Part shown: piece after piece, positions 17,542 through 27,451 of the stretch | Layout of the letters: each line of letters begins with the position of its first letter | How positions within the stretch are numbered: the stretch's first letter is position 1 | Assembly: GCA_035353335.1 (NCBI GenBank) | Contig: DAOPZJ010000003.1 | Span: forward strand, 4,157-68,156 | Source: Oscillospiraceae bacterium | GTDB taxonomy: Bacteria > Bacillota > Clostridia > Oscillospirales > JAKOTC01 | Length of the DNA stretch: 64,000 nucleotides | Direction of reading: 5' to 3' | Made by a program: the position numbers and the translations under genes | Notes under the pieces: model-generated | What the model saw: the letters and a program-made list of their open reading frames with translations, nothing else | Told to the model about the DNA's origin: nothing | Databases searched by the model: none

Positions 17542-18020
17542 ATTGTAAACTTCCGATACTCATCGAGCATCTCGTCATACTGCATCATAAAGTCCGAAAA
17601 CCCCGGAAGCTCCTCTAAAATCACAAACGCCTCTTTTACCGAATGTATAAATTCCGGGTCAATATACTCTACGCCATGCAAAATCAACGGGCAAATATAG
17701 GTTGCTCTCGGATCGGGCTGAGCCACTATGGTCTCGTTTTTGAACACCGGCACAAACGGATAAATACGGCAGGCCAGCGGACGCCATTCGCGCTTGCACC
17801 GCCCCTTGCAAACCGCTGTATCAAACCCGTCTTTCTGCGAAAACGTCAGAGACCGCTGCCCGATTAAAAATTCCTTTTCGTAAGGAAATAAAATCATTCC
17901 ATCTTCGTCATTGCCCTTGCAGCATCTCTTTTTACAGAGTTCTCCGCAGTCGGCTTTGATCGGCGTTAACTTGTCAAGAAGGGCGTACGCCCGCTCCCAA
18001 ATCTCCGAATAATCCGTCAT
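17538..18020 (-). CDS. YkgJ-family cysteine-cluster (putative Zn/Fe-binding) protein
   Basis: Motifs CGELCKKRCC and RPLACRIYPF. 4-nt overlaps with both trmB and dusB. Confidence 0.8.
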   Translation of the reverse strand: MTDYSEIWERAYALLDKLTPIKADCGELCKKRCCKGNDEDGMILFPYEKEFLIGQRSLTFSQKDGFDTAVCKGRCKREWRPLACRIYPFVPVFKNETIVAQPDPRATYICPLILHGVEYIDPEFIHSVKEAFVILEELPGFSDFMMQYDEMLDEYRKFTI

Positions 18021-18679
18021 AGAGTTTTCTTCACGGCGATCAAAAACATCGCCTTTTTGCCCTCGGCGGCAAACATCTTCTCGTGTTCCGTTTCTATATT
18101 ATTCGGGTAATCGCTGTTCGACAAATCGGTGGTCAGGTACACAATCTCAAATCCGCTCTCGGTGAAATACCCGAGCGATTCTTCAAATAGTTCCTCGTCG
18201 TCAGTTTTAAAAAACACTTTTCCCCCATCACACAGAAAATCGCAGTATTTTATCAGCTGCTTTTTATGAGTCAGGCGTTTTTTCTTATGTTTCGGGCGGT
18301 TCCACGGGTTGCAGAAGTTGATGTAAATGCGTTCAATCATATCCTCCGGGGCGAGCATCCGCTCAATCAGCCCGATCTCCTGCGACATGATCTTGACATT
18401 GTCAATCGGCCTCCCGGCTTCGGCAAACAAACGCTCGATCGTGCGTTTGGCAACGACCAGCACCTCGCTTTTAATATCTACGGCAATCAGGTTGCTTTCC
18501 GGGTTTTGCAAAGCCAGTCGGGCCGCGAATCCGCCCTTGCCGCAGCCGAGTTCGAGCCAAAGCGGCTGTTCTTTTTCAAACGCCGCTTTCCAGTTCCCAC
18601 GCCAGAGCCCCGGCGCGTCAATATGATGTACCCACGCCGCAAGTTCGGGTCTGGCGTAGGGCTTTCGTCGCATGCGCAC
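18017..18679 (-). CDS. trmB: tRNA (guanine46-N7)-methyltransferase
   Basis: SAM motif LELGCGKGGF, plus INFCNPWNRPKHKKKRL. GTG start after AAAGGAAG. Confidence 0.92.
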   Translation of the reverse strand: MRMRRKPYARPELAAWVHHIDAPGLWRGNWKAAFEKEQPLWLELGCGKGGFAARLALQNPESNLIAVDIKSEVLVVAKRTIERLFAEAGRPIDNVKIMSQEIGLIERMLAPEDMIERIYINFCNPWNRPKHKKKRLTHKKQLIKYCDFLCDGGKVFFKTDDEELFEESLGYFTESGFEIVYLTTDLSNSDYPNNIETEHEKMFAAEGKKAMFLIAVKKTL

Positions 18680-18848
18680 AATATATCTTCCTTTACACTA
18701 TAATAATATAAAAACAACGAGAAGCACTCTGCGCATGCGTGATGCGTATCGCATGCGATTATATTCCTTTACTTGAAATTTATTTAAGCCAATAACAGGG
18801 ATTTCCGCGAATTCGCTTTATACGTAATCTTATCTCTCGTGAGTATAT

Positions 18849-20261
18849 TTAAATCCGTTTATAAAGTTCCTGATATTGCTTTGCCGACTTCCCCCATGAG
18901 TTGTCGCAGGACGCGGTGTATTTGCGCAGCTGATTCCAGTTCTTTTTATCGGCGTAGAGCTTCAGCGCGTCATCGAGCGTATTCAGCAACTCGTCTCCGT
19001 GGTACCGGCCCATCACAAAACCGTTTCCGCTGCCGAGGCGGCAGTCGGTGACGGTGTCTTTCAGTCCGCCGACCGGGTTGACAATCGGCACGCATGCATA
19101 CCGCATCGCGATCATCTGTGAGAGCCCGCACGGCTCGGTTGCCGACGGCATTAAAAACAGATCTGAACCTGCGTAGATTTTTCTTGCAAGCGACCCGTTG
19201 AACCCGAAGTATACCCCGACTCTGCCCGGATATTTGACGCGCATCCGCTCAAAGAAATCGGTGTAGCTCTGTTCGCCCGACCCGAGCAGCACAAAGCGGA
19301 CGTCCCGTTCCATCATCCGCTCGAAGACCTCGCAGACCACATCAAGCCCCTTGAGTCCCACGAGCCGTGTGACCATTGCTATAATCGGGGTCTCAGGTTT
19401 CTCTTCAAGGCCGAATTCGATTTCAAGCGCGGCCTTGTCATAAGTTTTCCCGCGCAGATTTTCGGCGGTGAAGTTGGATTTGATTTCAGCGTCGGTCTCG
19501 GGGTCATAAAATTCATAGTCGATGCCGTTGACGATGCCGAATAGTTTGCCCGCATTGCTGCGCATGATATTATCGAGTCCGTAAGCAAATTGCGGTGTCT
19601 GAATCTCCTCCGCATAAGTCGGGCTGACCGTGGTCAGCGCGCTGCAGCAGACGATGCCGCCCTTCATAAAGTTTAACTGCCCGTTGAATTCGAGAATCGG
19701 CAGCATGCGCTCGTCCATTCCTAACAAATCGCCGAGGTGATAGGGGTTGCATAACCCCTGATAATTGATGTTATGGATTGTGAACACAATACGCACCCGG
19801 TCAAACAGCGGAGTATCCCGGTACATAGCGTTGATGTAGACCGGGATCAGAGCGGTATGCCAGTCGTTGACGTGTATCACCTGTACCCGAAGTTCGAGGT
19901 TCAGCAGCATACAGATCACGGCTTTGGAAAAAAACGCGAACCGCTCGCCGTCATCGTCGTAGCCATAGGGCCTGTCCCGCTTAAAATAATATTCATTGTC
20001 GATAAAGTAATAATCGACTCCGTCTTTTTGCAGTAAAAAGATCCCGCAGTATTGGCTGCGCCAGGCGAGCTTGACGTTGAAGTTCATTAAAAAGGTCATC
20101 TGATCCCGCCAGGCCTGTCCGATCATGCCGTATAACGGTGAAACGACCGAGACGCTCTCACCCAATTTCACAAGTTCTTTCGGCAGTGAGCCGGCCACAT
20201 CTCCGAGTCCGCCCGACTGGGAAAACGGAGCGACCTCCGAAGCGGCATAAAGTATATTCAT
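18849..20261 (-). CDS. glgA: glycogen synthase
   Basis: ATG 20261 after AAAGGAG gives MNILYAASEVAPFSQSGGLGDV; the track start 20279 is over-extended. Confidence 0.95.
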   Translation of the reverse strand: MNILYAASEVAPFSQSGGLGDVAGSLPKELVKLGESVSVVSPLYGMIGQAWRDQMTFLMNFNVKLAWRSQYCGIFLLQKDGVDYYFIDNEYYFKRDRPYGYDDDGERFAFFSKAVICMLLNLELRVQVIHVNDWHTALIPVYINAMYRDTPLFDRVRIVFTIHNINYQGLCNPYHLGDLLGMDERMLPILEFNGQLNFMKGGIVCCSALTTVSPTYAEEIQTPQFAYGLDNIMRSNAGKLFGIVNGIDYEFYDPETDAEIKSNFTAENLRGKTYDKAALEIEFGLEEKPETPIIAMVTRLVGLKGLDVVCEVFERMMERDVRFVLLGSGEQSYTDFFERMRVKYPGRVGVYFGFNGSLARKIYAGSDLFLMPSATEPCGLSQMIAMRYACVPIVNPVGGLKDTVTDCRLGSGNGFVMGRYHGDELLNTLDDALKLYADKKNWNQLRKYTASCDNSWGKSAKQYQELYKRI

Positions 20262-20298
20262 GATGCACTCCTTTCGCACATGGATCGGTTTATCATCG

Positions 20299-20385
20299 TG
20301 TAGGGGTCGGCATCCCTGACGCCCCGTTAATATGCGAACTTGGGGACGGTTGCCCGCCGGGTCGTCAAGGATGCCGACCCCTACA
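20299..20385. repeat. inverted pair of REP-like elements (BIME-like)
   Basis: TGTAGGGGTCGGCATCC (20299-20315) is the perfect reverse complement of 20369-20385, with a 53-nt spacer. Local hairpin GGGTCG-N10-CGACCC at 20359-20380. Confidence 0.8.
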
Positions 20386-20393
20386 ACGCACCG

Positions 20394-21512
20394 TCACACA
20401 ACTCCGTTCTTCGGCACAAACAGCGGATTCTCCGCGCATCCGACCAAAACGCGCCCGTCGGTGATAAAAGCGTTTTTATCGGTGATGATGCCCGTGATAT
20501 CCGCGCCGTCTCCGACTGTACAGCCCTGCATCAGAATACAGTCCTTAACTTTCGCGTTTTTGCCGACCGTGACACCCCGGAACAGAATCGAATCACTGAC
20601 CGAGCCCTCGATCCGGCAGCCGTCGGCGACCATCGTGTTCGAAACCTCGGCGGCGAGCCCGTAACTCGCGGGCATCTCGTCACGCACTTTGGTGTAGACG
20701 GGTTGATTGTTGAACAGTTCATCGCGCACCTGCTTTTTTAAGAGCGCCATATTCGCGTCGTAAAATTCCCTCATGGAGCCGATGCGCAGCGCGGTTCCCG
20801 GAACTTCATAAGCGTGAAGTTTGATCTCGCCGATCACTTTTTGCTGTAAAATTTCGCGCTCAAAGTGTGAGATGCCGCGCCCCTGCGTTTTGTCGATCAG
20901 CCAAATCAAAAATTTCTTGCTCATAAACATCACGTTGAGTCCGCAGTTATATTCGCCCTCTGTGTTGGGATCGAGCCTGATGCCCGTAATCCCGCCGTTT
21001 TTATCAAGATCATAGGTCACCGTATCAAACAATCCATCACCGGAAAGGTACATCTTCCGGCAGCAGCAGGTAATGTCCGCGCCGCTCTCCATATGTTTTT
21101 CCGCCAGCCTGCGAATATCCACATTGAAGACAAAATTGCAGTCGCTCAGCACAAACCAATCCACCGGCGCATGAAGAATAAAATCGCGGGCGGAAATCAT
21201 GGCCTCGACCCTGCCGCGGTACATACCGGAACTCGCGAGCGCGTAAGGCGGGATGATAACAAGCCCGCTGCGTTTGCGCGAAAGGTCCCAGTCGCGGCCG
21301 CTGCGCAGGTGGTCCATCAGCGATTTATAATTGCTTTTGGTGATCACGCCGACGGCGGTGATATCTGCGTTGACCATACTGGAGAGAGGGAAATCGATCA
21401 GCCGGTATCTGCCTCCGAACGGAATTGAGCCGCAGCTTCGCATAGCGGTCAGTTCGCCGACGTTCTTTTCGTGCATATTGGAAAAAATGATGCCGCCGAT
21501 GTTCGCACTCAT
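20394..21512 (-). CDS. glgD: glucose-1-phosphate adenylyltransferase, GlgD subunit
   Basis: 372 aa. Motif [13 protein letters not shown]. 4-nt overlap with glgC. Confidence 0.9.
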   Translation of the reverse strand: MSANIGGIIFSNMHEKNVGELTAMRSCGSIPFGGRYRLIDFPLSSMVNADITAVGVITKSNYKSLMDHLRSGRDWDLSRKRSGLVIIPPYALASSGMYRGRVEAMISARDFILHAPVDWFVLSDCNFVFNVDIRRLAEKHMESGADITCCCRKMYLSGDGLFDTVTYDLDKNGGITGIRLDPNTEGEYNCGLNVMFMSKKFLIWLIDKTQGRGISHFEREILQQKVIGEIKLHAYEVPGTALRIGSMREFYDANMALLKKQVRDELFNNQPVYTKVRDEMPASYGLAAEVSNTMVADGCRIEGSVSDSILFRGVTVGKNAKVKDCILMQGCTVGDGADITGIITDKNAFITDGRVLVGCAENPLFVPKNGVV

Positions 21513-22726
21513 TTGGATTCACCGTCCTTCATATCGCTGTCGACGATAACCTTCGGCGCAACCGTGCATCCGCTTCCGATTTTAATTCCCGGCCCGACAA
21601 CCGAAATACCCCAGGTTTCGCGGCACTCAGTGCATTCCGGCCTCTGGCCGACGACGCTGGCCTCGCCGATCACAGCGTTTTCGCCTATAATTGCATACTG
21701 CACCCGAGCGCCCGTTTTTATTTTCGCACCGCTCATCACAATGCTGTCGTAAACCTGCGCGCCGTCCTCGATGGTCACGCCGGAAAACACGACCGAAAAG
21801 TCGAGGTCGCCCGAAATTTCACAGCCCTCGCTGACGAGTGAATTTTGTACCGCGCTGCCGGTCGAGATATAGTGCGGCGGCTTTACGGGGTTTCGGAAAT
21901 AAATTTTCCACGACGGGTCGGATAAGTCAATAGGCCTTGCCGGATTCAGCAGATCCATATTGGCCTCCCACAAGCTGTCGATTGTACCGACATCCTTCCA
22001 GTAACCGATGAACGGATAGGCGAACATGCGTTCTTTCGCAGCGAGCATTTTCGGGATGATGTCCTTACCGAAATCGTTGCTGCTCTTCGAATCGGCCTCG
22101 TCTTCAATAAGGTATCTTTTCAGCTTTTCGAAATTAAAAATATAGACGCCCATGCTGGCTTTATTGGACTTGGGGTTTTTGGGTTTTTCTTCGAATTCAT
22201 AAATTTTGCCGTCCGGTTCGGTGTTCATGATGCCAAATCGGCTTGCTTCGTCGATCGGCACCTCAAGCACCGCGATCGTGCAGGCGGCGGCGTTTTTCAT
22301 ATGTTCTGCGAGCATCCCGAAATAGTCCATTTTATAGATGTGGTCACCCGATAAGATCACGACATTTTCGGGCTGATACTCTTCAATAAACGCAAGATTC
22401 TGATAAATGGCGTTCGCCGTGCCTTTGTACCACTCGCTGCCTCTGCTGCGCTGGTACGGCGGAAGAATATGGACGCCGCCGTTCAATCGGTCGAGGTCCC
22501 AGGGCAGCCCGTTTCCGATGTAGCGGTTGAGTTCAAGCGGTTGATACTGCGTCAGGACGCCGACCGTATCAATGCCCGAGTTGACGCAGTTAGAAAGGGT
22601 AAAATCGATAATGCGGTATTTTCCCCCGAATCCGACCGCGGGCTTTGCCATATCCCGGGTCAAAACCTGCAAACGGCTTCCCTGGCCGCCGGCGAGAAGC
22701 ATTGCAATCCAGTCCTTTTTACCCAT
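21509..22726 (-). CDS. glgC: glucose-1-phosphate adenylyltransferase
   Basis: ATG 22726 after GAAAGGAAG gives [19 protein letters not shown]; the track start 22909 runs into glgB. Confidence 0.95.
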   Translation of the reverse strand: MGKKDWIAMLLAGGQGSRLQVLTRDMAKPAVGFGGKYRIIDFTLSNCVNSGIDTVGVLTQYQPLELNRYIGNGLPWDLDRLNGGVHILPPYQRSRGSEWYKGTANAIYQNLAFIEEYQPENVVILSGDHIYKMDYFGMLAEHMKNAAACTIAVLEVPIDEASRFGIMNTEPDGKIYEFEEKPKNPKSNKASMGVYIFNFEKLKRYLIEDEADSKSSNDFGKDIIPKMLAAKERMFAYPFIGYWKDVGTIDSLWEANMDLLNPARPIDLSDPSWKIYFRNPVKPPHYISTGSAVQNSLVSEGCEISGDLDFSVVFSGVTIEDGAQVYDSIVMSGAKIKTGARVQYAIIGENAVIGEASVVGQRPECTECRETWGISVVGPGIKIGSGCTVAPKVIVDSDMKDGESK

Positions 22727-22766
22727 CCAAATCTTCCTTTCGTTTGGCTTTAAAACGCTATATAAT

Positions 22767-24650
22767 TCAGTCCGTTTCTCCCGGTTCGAAAAACAACGCA
22801 GAAAGCGGCGGAAGCTGCAGCGAAACGGAATTCCCGAAGCCGTGCATCGGAGTACTGTCGGCTTTAACGATGCCGTTTTGCCTGCCCGAACCGAAAAACC
22901 GCTCGTCATCGGTATTCAGTACCTCGCGGTAATAATCCGCCTTCGGGACACCGATTCGGTAGTCCTCATGCGCAACACCAGCAAAATTAAAGACGCATAC
23001 CAACTGTTTTTCCTTGTCTTTTCGTATAAACGAGATTACATTATTTTGGCTGTCGTCGGCCGCGATCCATTGAAAACCCTCCCAGCCGCAGTCGTCTCTC
23101 CAGAGCGCCGAACGGCTCAGATAGAACTCGTCGAGCGCGGCTTTATAACCGTGCAGTTTCTTGTGCGACTCAAAATCGAGCATGAACCATTCTAATTCTG
23201 AGGCATAGTCCCACTCGCGAAACGGTCCGTATTCGCAGCCCATGAACATCAGCTTTTTACCCGGATGCGCCATCATATAGGCCATAAATAACCGGATATT
23301 CGCGAATTTCTGGAGATAGTCGCCGGGCATCTTGTCAAGCAGCGACTTCTTGCCGTGCACCACTTCGTCGTGCGAAACCGGCAGAATGAATCGCTCGGAA
23401 AACGCGTACATCATTGAAAAAGTCAGTTTGTTGTGGCTGCCCGAGCGGAAGTACGGGTCGGTCTCCATATAAGACAGCGTGTCGTTCATCCAGCCCATAT
23501 TCCATTTGAACGAGAACCCGAGTCCGCCGTCGGCAATGTCGTGGCTGACTTTCGGAAAACTCGTGGACTCTTCGGCAATCATCATCGTGCCCGGATAAGT
23601 CCCGAGAACGTACCCGTTCATCGCGCGCAAAAGCGCCATTGCCTCGAGGTTTTCTCTGCCGCCGAAGATGTTCGGCATCCAGTCCTTACGCCCGTAATCA
23701 AGATACAGCATTGCGCTGACAGCGTCGACCCGGATCCCGTCGAAATGGTAGAGGTTGATCCAGTAATCGACGCTCGACACCAAAAAGCTGATGACTTCAT
23801 TCCGCCCGTAGTCAAAATAATGCGTCCCCCATTCGGGGCTCTCGCGTTTGCGGGGATCGGCATATTCATAGCAGAAATCCCCGTCGAATTGATAAAGGCC
23901 GTAATCGTCTTTCGGAAAGTGAGCGCCGACCCAGTCCATGATCACACCGACGCCGGCTTTGTGGCAGCGGTCGACGAATTCCATCAGTTCGGGCGGCTCT
24001 CCGTAGCGTGAGGAGGGCGAAAAATAACCGGTGGTCTGATACCCCCAGGACATGTCAAGGGGATATTCAGCCAGCGGCATGAATTCGATATGGGTATACC
24101 CCATTTTTTTGACATATGGAATCAGTTCGTCAGCGAGTTTTTTGTAGGAGAAGTGGCTGCCGTCGGAGTATTGGCGCCAAGACCCCGCGTGCACCTCATA
24201 GATATTCAACGGAGAGGTAAAAATATTCCGCTTCTTATGATTTTCACGCCGCTTCATCCAGACCGAATCGCTCCATTGGTAGGTATTGTCGAGCGGATAA
24301 AATTTAGAAGCTGTGCCCGGGCGAGTCTGGGAATGGAACGCATACGGATCGGCCTTGAGCACGGCATTGCCGCTTTGAGAGGTGATCCGGTATTTATAAC
24401 AATCGAATTTTTGAACGCCGTTTATGTAGCGCTCCCATACGCCGTCGCTTATTTTCTCCATTTTGTCGGCGTCGGGAGACCAGTTATTAAAATCACCGCA
24501 GACCGATACGGCTGAGGCATTGGGAACCCAGACACGAAAGACCGCACTGTCGTTCGATAGGTGCGCTCCCAAGAACTCATATGCCCGAAATTCGCAGCCG
24601 GCATGAAAATCGGTCAAACGCGCTGTCAGTTCCGCTTTCCCGTTTCCCAT
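22767..24650 (-). CDS. glgB: 1,4-alpha-glucan branching enzyme
   Basis: 627 aa. GH13 motifs [15 protein letters not shown] and SHDEV. Confidence 0.95.
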   Translation of the reverse strand: MGNGKAELTARLTDFHAGCEFRAYEFLGAHLSNDSAVFRVWVPNASAVSVCGDFNNWSPDADKMEKISDGVWERYINGVQKFDCYKYRITSQSGNAVLKADPYAFHSQTRPGTASKFYPLDNTYQWSDSVWMKRRENHKKRNIFTSPLNIYEVHAGSWRQYSDGSHFSYKKLADELIPYVKKMGYTHIEFMPLAEYPLDMSWGYQTTGYFSPSSRYGEPPELMEFVDRCHKAGVGVIMDWVGAHFPKDDYGLYQFDGDFCYEYADPRKRESPEWGTHYFDYGRNEVISFLVSSVDYWINLYHFDGIRVDAVSAMLYLDYGRKDWMPNIFGGRENLEAMALLRAMNGYVLGTYPGTMMIAEESTSFPKVSHDIADGGLGFSFKWNMGWMNDTLSYMETDPYFRSGSHNKLTFSMMYAFSERFILPVSHDEVVHGKKSLLDKMPGDYLQKFANIRLFMAYMMAHPGKKLMFMGCEYGPFREWDYASELEWFMLDFESHKKLHGYKAALDEFYLSRSALWRDDCGWEGFQWIAADDSQNNVISFIRKDKEKQLVCVFNFAGVAHEDYRIGVPKADYYREVLNTDDERFFGSGRQNGIVKADSTPMHGFGNSVSLQLPPLSALFFEPGETD

Positions 24651-24686
24651 CGCCGTCCGCTCCTTCCTATCTCTGCAATTTATTCC

Positions 24687-24715
24687 AATATACCATTTAA
24701 AATGGTATTTTGCAA
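24687..24715 (-). promoter_or_regulatory. glg operon promoter with 19-nt palindrome in the spacer
   Basis: On the minus strand: TTGCAA (24715-24710), 17 nt, TATATT (24692-24687). The palindrome ATACCATTT-A-AAATGGTAT (24690-24708) fills the spacer and overlaps the -10. Confidence 0.65.
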
Positions 24716-24721
24716 GAGCGG

Positions 24722-25921
24722 CTAAGCCGCCGGGCGTTTTGCGAGCGCCTCGGTCTCGGCAAGCATTGTATCCGCGAACAGGCCGTAACCGCGCGTCGGG
24801 TTATTGACGAACACATGCGTTACCGCGCCGATCAGCTTGCCGTTTTGCAAAATCGGGCTGCCGCTCATGCCCTGTACGATGCCGCCGGTCAATTCGAGCA
24901 GTTTTGGATCGGTGACCTCGATGATCAGATTGCGGCCCTCCGCTTTCTCACCCATGTCGATTTTTATAATGTTGATTTCAAACTGCTGCGGTCCCTTTTC
25001 GTCAACCGCAGTGATGATCGTCGCTCTGCCCGTTTCAATCTCCTGCCGCATCGCGACCTTGACCGCTTCGCCGTCAGGTCGGTCGTAGAGCTTGCCGTAG
25101 ACACCGTAACTGCTGTTTTTCTCCAAAGAGCCGATGGTGTCGTTTAAAATGGTGCCGACGAGTTCGCCGGGTGTGCCCGCTTCCCCCTTTACGATGCCGG
25201 TAATTTTGGCTGAGGCGATCTCGCCGCCCGAGATCGGCAGCACTTTTCCGCTTTCAAAATCGCTGATGGCATGGCCGAGTCCCGCGTAAATGCCGTCCGC
25301 AGGGCGGTAAAAAGTCATCGTGCCGATCCCTGCGCCGCTGTCACGCACCCACATGCCCGACCGGTATTTGCCGTCCTCCGCTTTTTCCGGAACAAGTGTC
25401 ATCTCCAGCGTTTTTCCGTCGCGCAGCACTTTCAGCCGCAGTTTTTTACCGCTGCAGTTTTCGATGATACGTGCAAGTTCTTTTGCGTCAGCCGGCTTTT
25501 TGCTGTCTATCTCCAATATGGAATCTCCGGGCAAAAGCCCTGATTTGGAAGCAGGGGTTTCAGCTCCGTTTTCACCGACGCTGACCACGACGACGCCCTC
25601 GGTTTTAAGGCGGATCCCGAACGCATCCCCTACCGCGACCACGGCGTCGTCATCGACGATGCGCACATCGACTGATTTAACCGGCACAATTCCGAACATC
25701 AATTCCGCTTTGTAACCCGAACCGGCTGCCAATGCAGTCACCGCAGTGTCGGTTTTGAGCGCGAGCCGCCCGTCAGAAAACGGCGAGCCGCCTGCAGTTA
25801 TATAGAACACATCGGGATATGACCCCGTGCAATAGCAAATTACGCAAATCAACGCAAACACCGCCAATCCGGCCGCACCCGCTAATTTCCGAATAATTTT
25901 TTTCGCGTTCGAATTTTTCAT
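24722..25921 (-). CDS. spoIVB: SpoIVB peptidase (stage IV sporulation signalling protease, S55)
   Basis: N-terminal TM helix, a PDZ-like region and the motifs GIGTMTF, GLGHAI and GMSGSPI. Confidence 0.92.
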   Translation of the reverse strand: MKNSNAKKIIRKLAGAAGLAVFALICVICYCTGSYPDVFYITAGGSPFSDGRLALKTDTAVTALAAGSGYKAELMFGIVPVKSVDVRIVDDDAVVAVGDAFGIRLKTEGVVVVSVGENGAETPASKSGLLPGDSILEIDSKKPADAKELARIIENCSGKKLRLKVLRDGKTLEMTLVPEKAEDGKYRSGMWVRDSGAGIGTMTFYRPADGIYAGLGHAISDFESGKVLPISGGEIASAKITGIVKGEAGTPGELVGTILNDTIGSLEKNSSYGVYGKLYDRPDGEAVKVAMRQEIETGRATIITAVDEKGPQQFEINIIKIDMGEKAEGRNLIIEVTDPKLLELTGGIVQGMSGSPILQNGKLIGAVTHVFVNNPTRGYGLFADTMLAETEALAKRPAA

Positions 25922-26083
25922 ATTAAAAATTGTCCCCTAATAAATCCCGGGGACATCCTTCCATCCCTTTATTGCGGCCGTTTCGCCTTGCGCCCGCACT
26001 CCTATTCTCGGCTGCGCCCTTCGGAATATAAGTGAAAATATTTGATAAATTTCATCCCTTTTATAGATTTTTGAATGCTGCCG

Positions 26084-26092
26084 TGGTATAAT
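26084..26092 (+). promoter_or_regulatory. extended -10 promoter element (TGgTATAAT)
   Basis: TGGTATAAT lies about 90 nt upstream of the M16 gene. No clear -35. Confidence 0.35.
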
Positions 26093-26179
26093 AACGCTTA
26101 CGGTAACTTTTTGGATTTCGGGTTGAAAAAAATTTGAAAAATCACACGTTTGCAATGAATTTCAATCCGATGAGAAAGG

Positions 26180-27451
26180 ATGTCTGCCTTCATGCCAGAG
26201 ATAAAACCGGAACAGATCGCCGATGCGGTCTCGTTTACCGCGATTGATAATAATTTTTTCAAGACGGTCCGTATTTCCGTCAATTTCGTTCTCCCGCTCT
26301 CAAAGGCAACCGCCGCACCAAACGCGGTACTGCCTTTTATTTTGTGCCGCGGAAAGGATTTTACAGCTACCAAACGCCGACTGGAAAATCTTTTCGGCGC
26401 GCAGCTGAATCCGCGTGTTCAAAAAGTCGCCGACCGGCAGGTGCTGTCGATCGATCTCGAGTTGGTCAAGTCGGAATACGCAAAAAAAGACCTGCTTCCC
26501 GAGGCGGCCGAACTCCTGTGCGAACTGATCACCGATCCGCCCGCAAGCCGCGGCGCGTTTTTAAAAAAAGATACCGAAGCCGAAAAGCAGAACGTCTGCG
26601 GCTTGATTTTGGCTGAGCAAAACGACAAGCGCACGCTGGCCGTCAAACGCTGCACCGCAATCATGTTCGACGGCGAACCCTATGGGTTGGATAAATACGG
26701 AGAACTGGACCAGTTTACCGCTCTCGACGGCAAAACCCTTTATAAAGCCTGGCAAAATATGCTCAAAACAGCTGTTGTCGAGATCATCTTTATCGGCACT
26801 GCCGGCGCGGAGGAAGTCAAAAAGATCTTTGTCAAATACCTCGGCGGTAAGCGTGAACCGGTCTCTTTCGGCGCCGTTCAAAAACCCAACCCCTGCGAGG
26901 AATACGGCGAAGTCGAGGAGCGCATGAACATCACGCAGGCCAAGCTGATCATGGGCTATCGCACTACCGACATTTTGCCCGGTGATTTGAGGGCGTTCGA
27001 GGTCATGCGCTCGCTGTTCGGCGGTTCGACGACTTCCAAACTATTCTCCAACGTCCGCGAAAAACTCAGTTTGTGTTATTACTGCTCTGCTTCCTATAAC
27101 AAATTCTTAGGGCTTCTGATGGTAGACAGCGGCGTTCTCGAGGAAAACGTCCGAAAAGCCCGCGAATCCATCGATGCCCAACTGAAAGCTATCGGAGACG
27201 GCGATTTTACAGATGCCGATATTGAGGGCGCGAAGCTCTATCTGCAAAATATCTACCGCTCGACCGAGGGGTCCCTGCAGCAGCTCTCGGCTTATTGGCT
27301 GTCCGAGATTCTGGCCGGTACGATGCGCTCCCCGAACGGCGCCGCCGATTCGTTCGACGCCGTGACCCGGGATCAGGTCATCGCCGCGGCAAAAAGCTGT
27401 TGGCTTGACACGGTCTATCTGCTGGCCGGCCAAAAGGAGAAGACAGAATGA
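26180..27451 (+). CDS. M16-family peptidase, non-catalytic-type subunit (no HxxEH)
   Basis: 423 aa, insulinase-like. ATG 26192 is an alternative start. 4-nt overlap with its partner. Confidence 0.85.
   Translation: MSAFMPEIKPEQIADAVSFTAIDNNFFKTVRISVNFVLPLSKATAAPNAVLPFILCRGKDFTATKRRLENLFGAQLNPRVQKVADRQVLSIDLELVKSEYAKKDLLPEAAELLCELITDPPASRGAFLKKDTEAEKQNVCGLILAEQNDKRTLAVKRCTAIMFDGEPYGLDKYGELDQFTALDGKTLYKAWQNMLKTAVVEIIFIGTAGAEEVKKIFVKYLGGKREPVSFGAVQKPNPCEEYGEVEERMNITQAKLIMGYRTTDILPGDLRAFEVMRSLFGGSTTSKLFSNVREKLSLCYYCSASYNKFLGLLMVDSGVLEENVRKARESIDAQLKAIGDGDFTDADIEGAKLYLQNIYRSTEGSLQQLSAYWLSEILAGTMRSPNGAADSFDAVTRDQVIAAAKSCWLDTVYLLAGQKEKTE

Noticed and set aside
18698-18754. 18-aa ORF (MRYASRMRRVLLVVFILL) with an AAAGGA RBS upstream of trmB, lying within a pair of CGCATGCG palindromes.
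   Set aside because: It is too short to support without conservation or ribosome-profiling data. The palindromes may simply be the glgA terminator region.
22727-22909. N-terminal extensions proposed by the ORF track. This one is glgC; the same issue applies to 2140-2442 (VTC), 39938-40129 (MFS), 53182-53262 (prfB), 56500-56601 (hpt), 41526-41663 (MGS-like) and 42103-42162 (hisS).
   Set aside because: The extensions lack an RBS, overlap upstream genes, promoters or repeats, and add non-homologous residues. Internal starts with AGGAGG-type RBSs give canonical N-termini.
25922-26179. Small RiPP-precursor ORF upstream of the M16 peptidase pair, by analogy with AlbE/AlbF-type clusters.
   Set aside because: The only candidate (ATG 26155, 30 codons) overlaps the M16 start, has no convincing RBS, and no radical-SAM or other maturase genes are nearby. 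The pair looks like the housekeeping sporulation-associated M16 couple.
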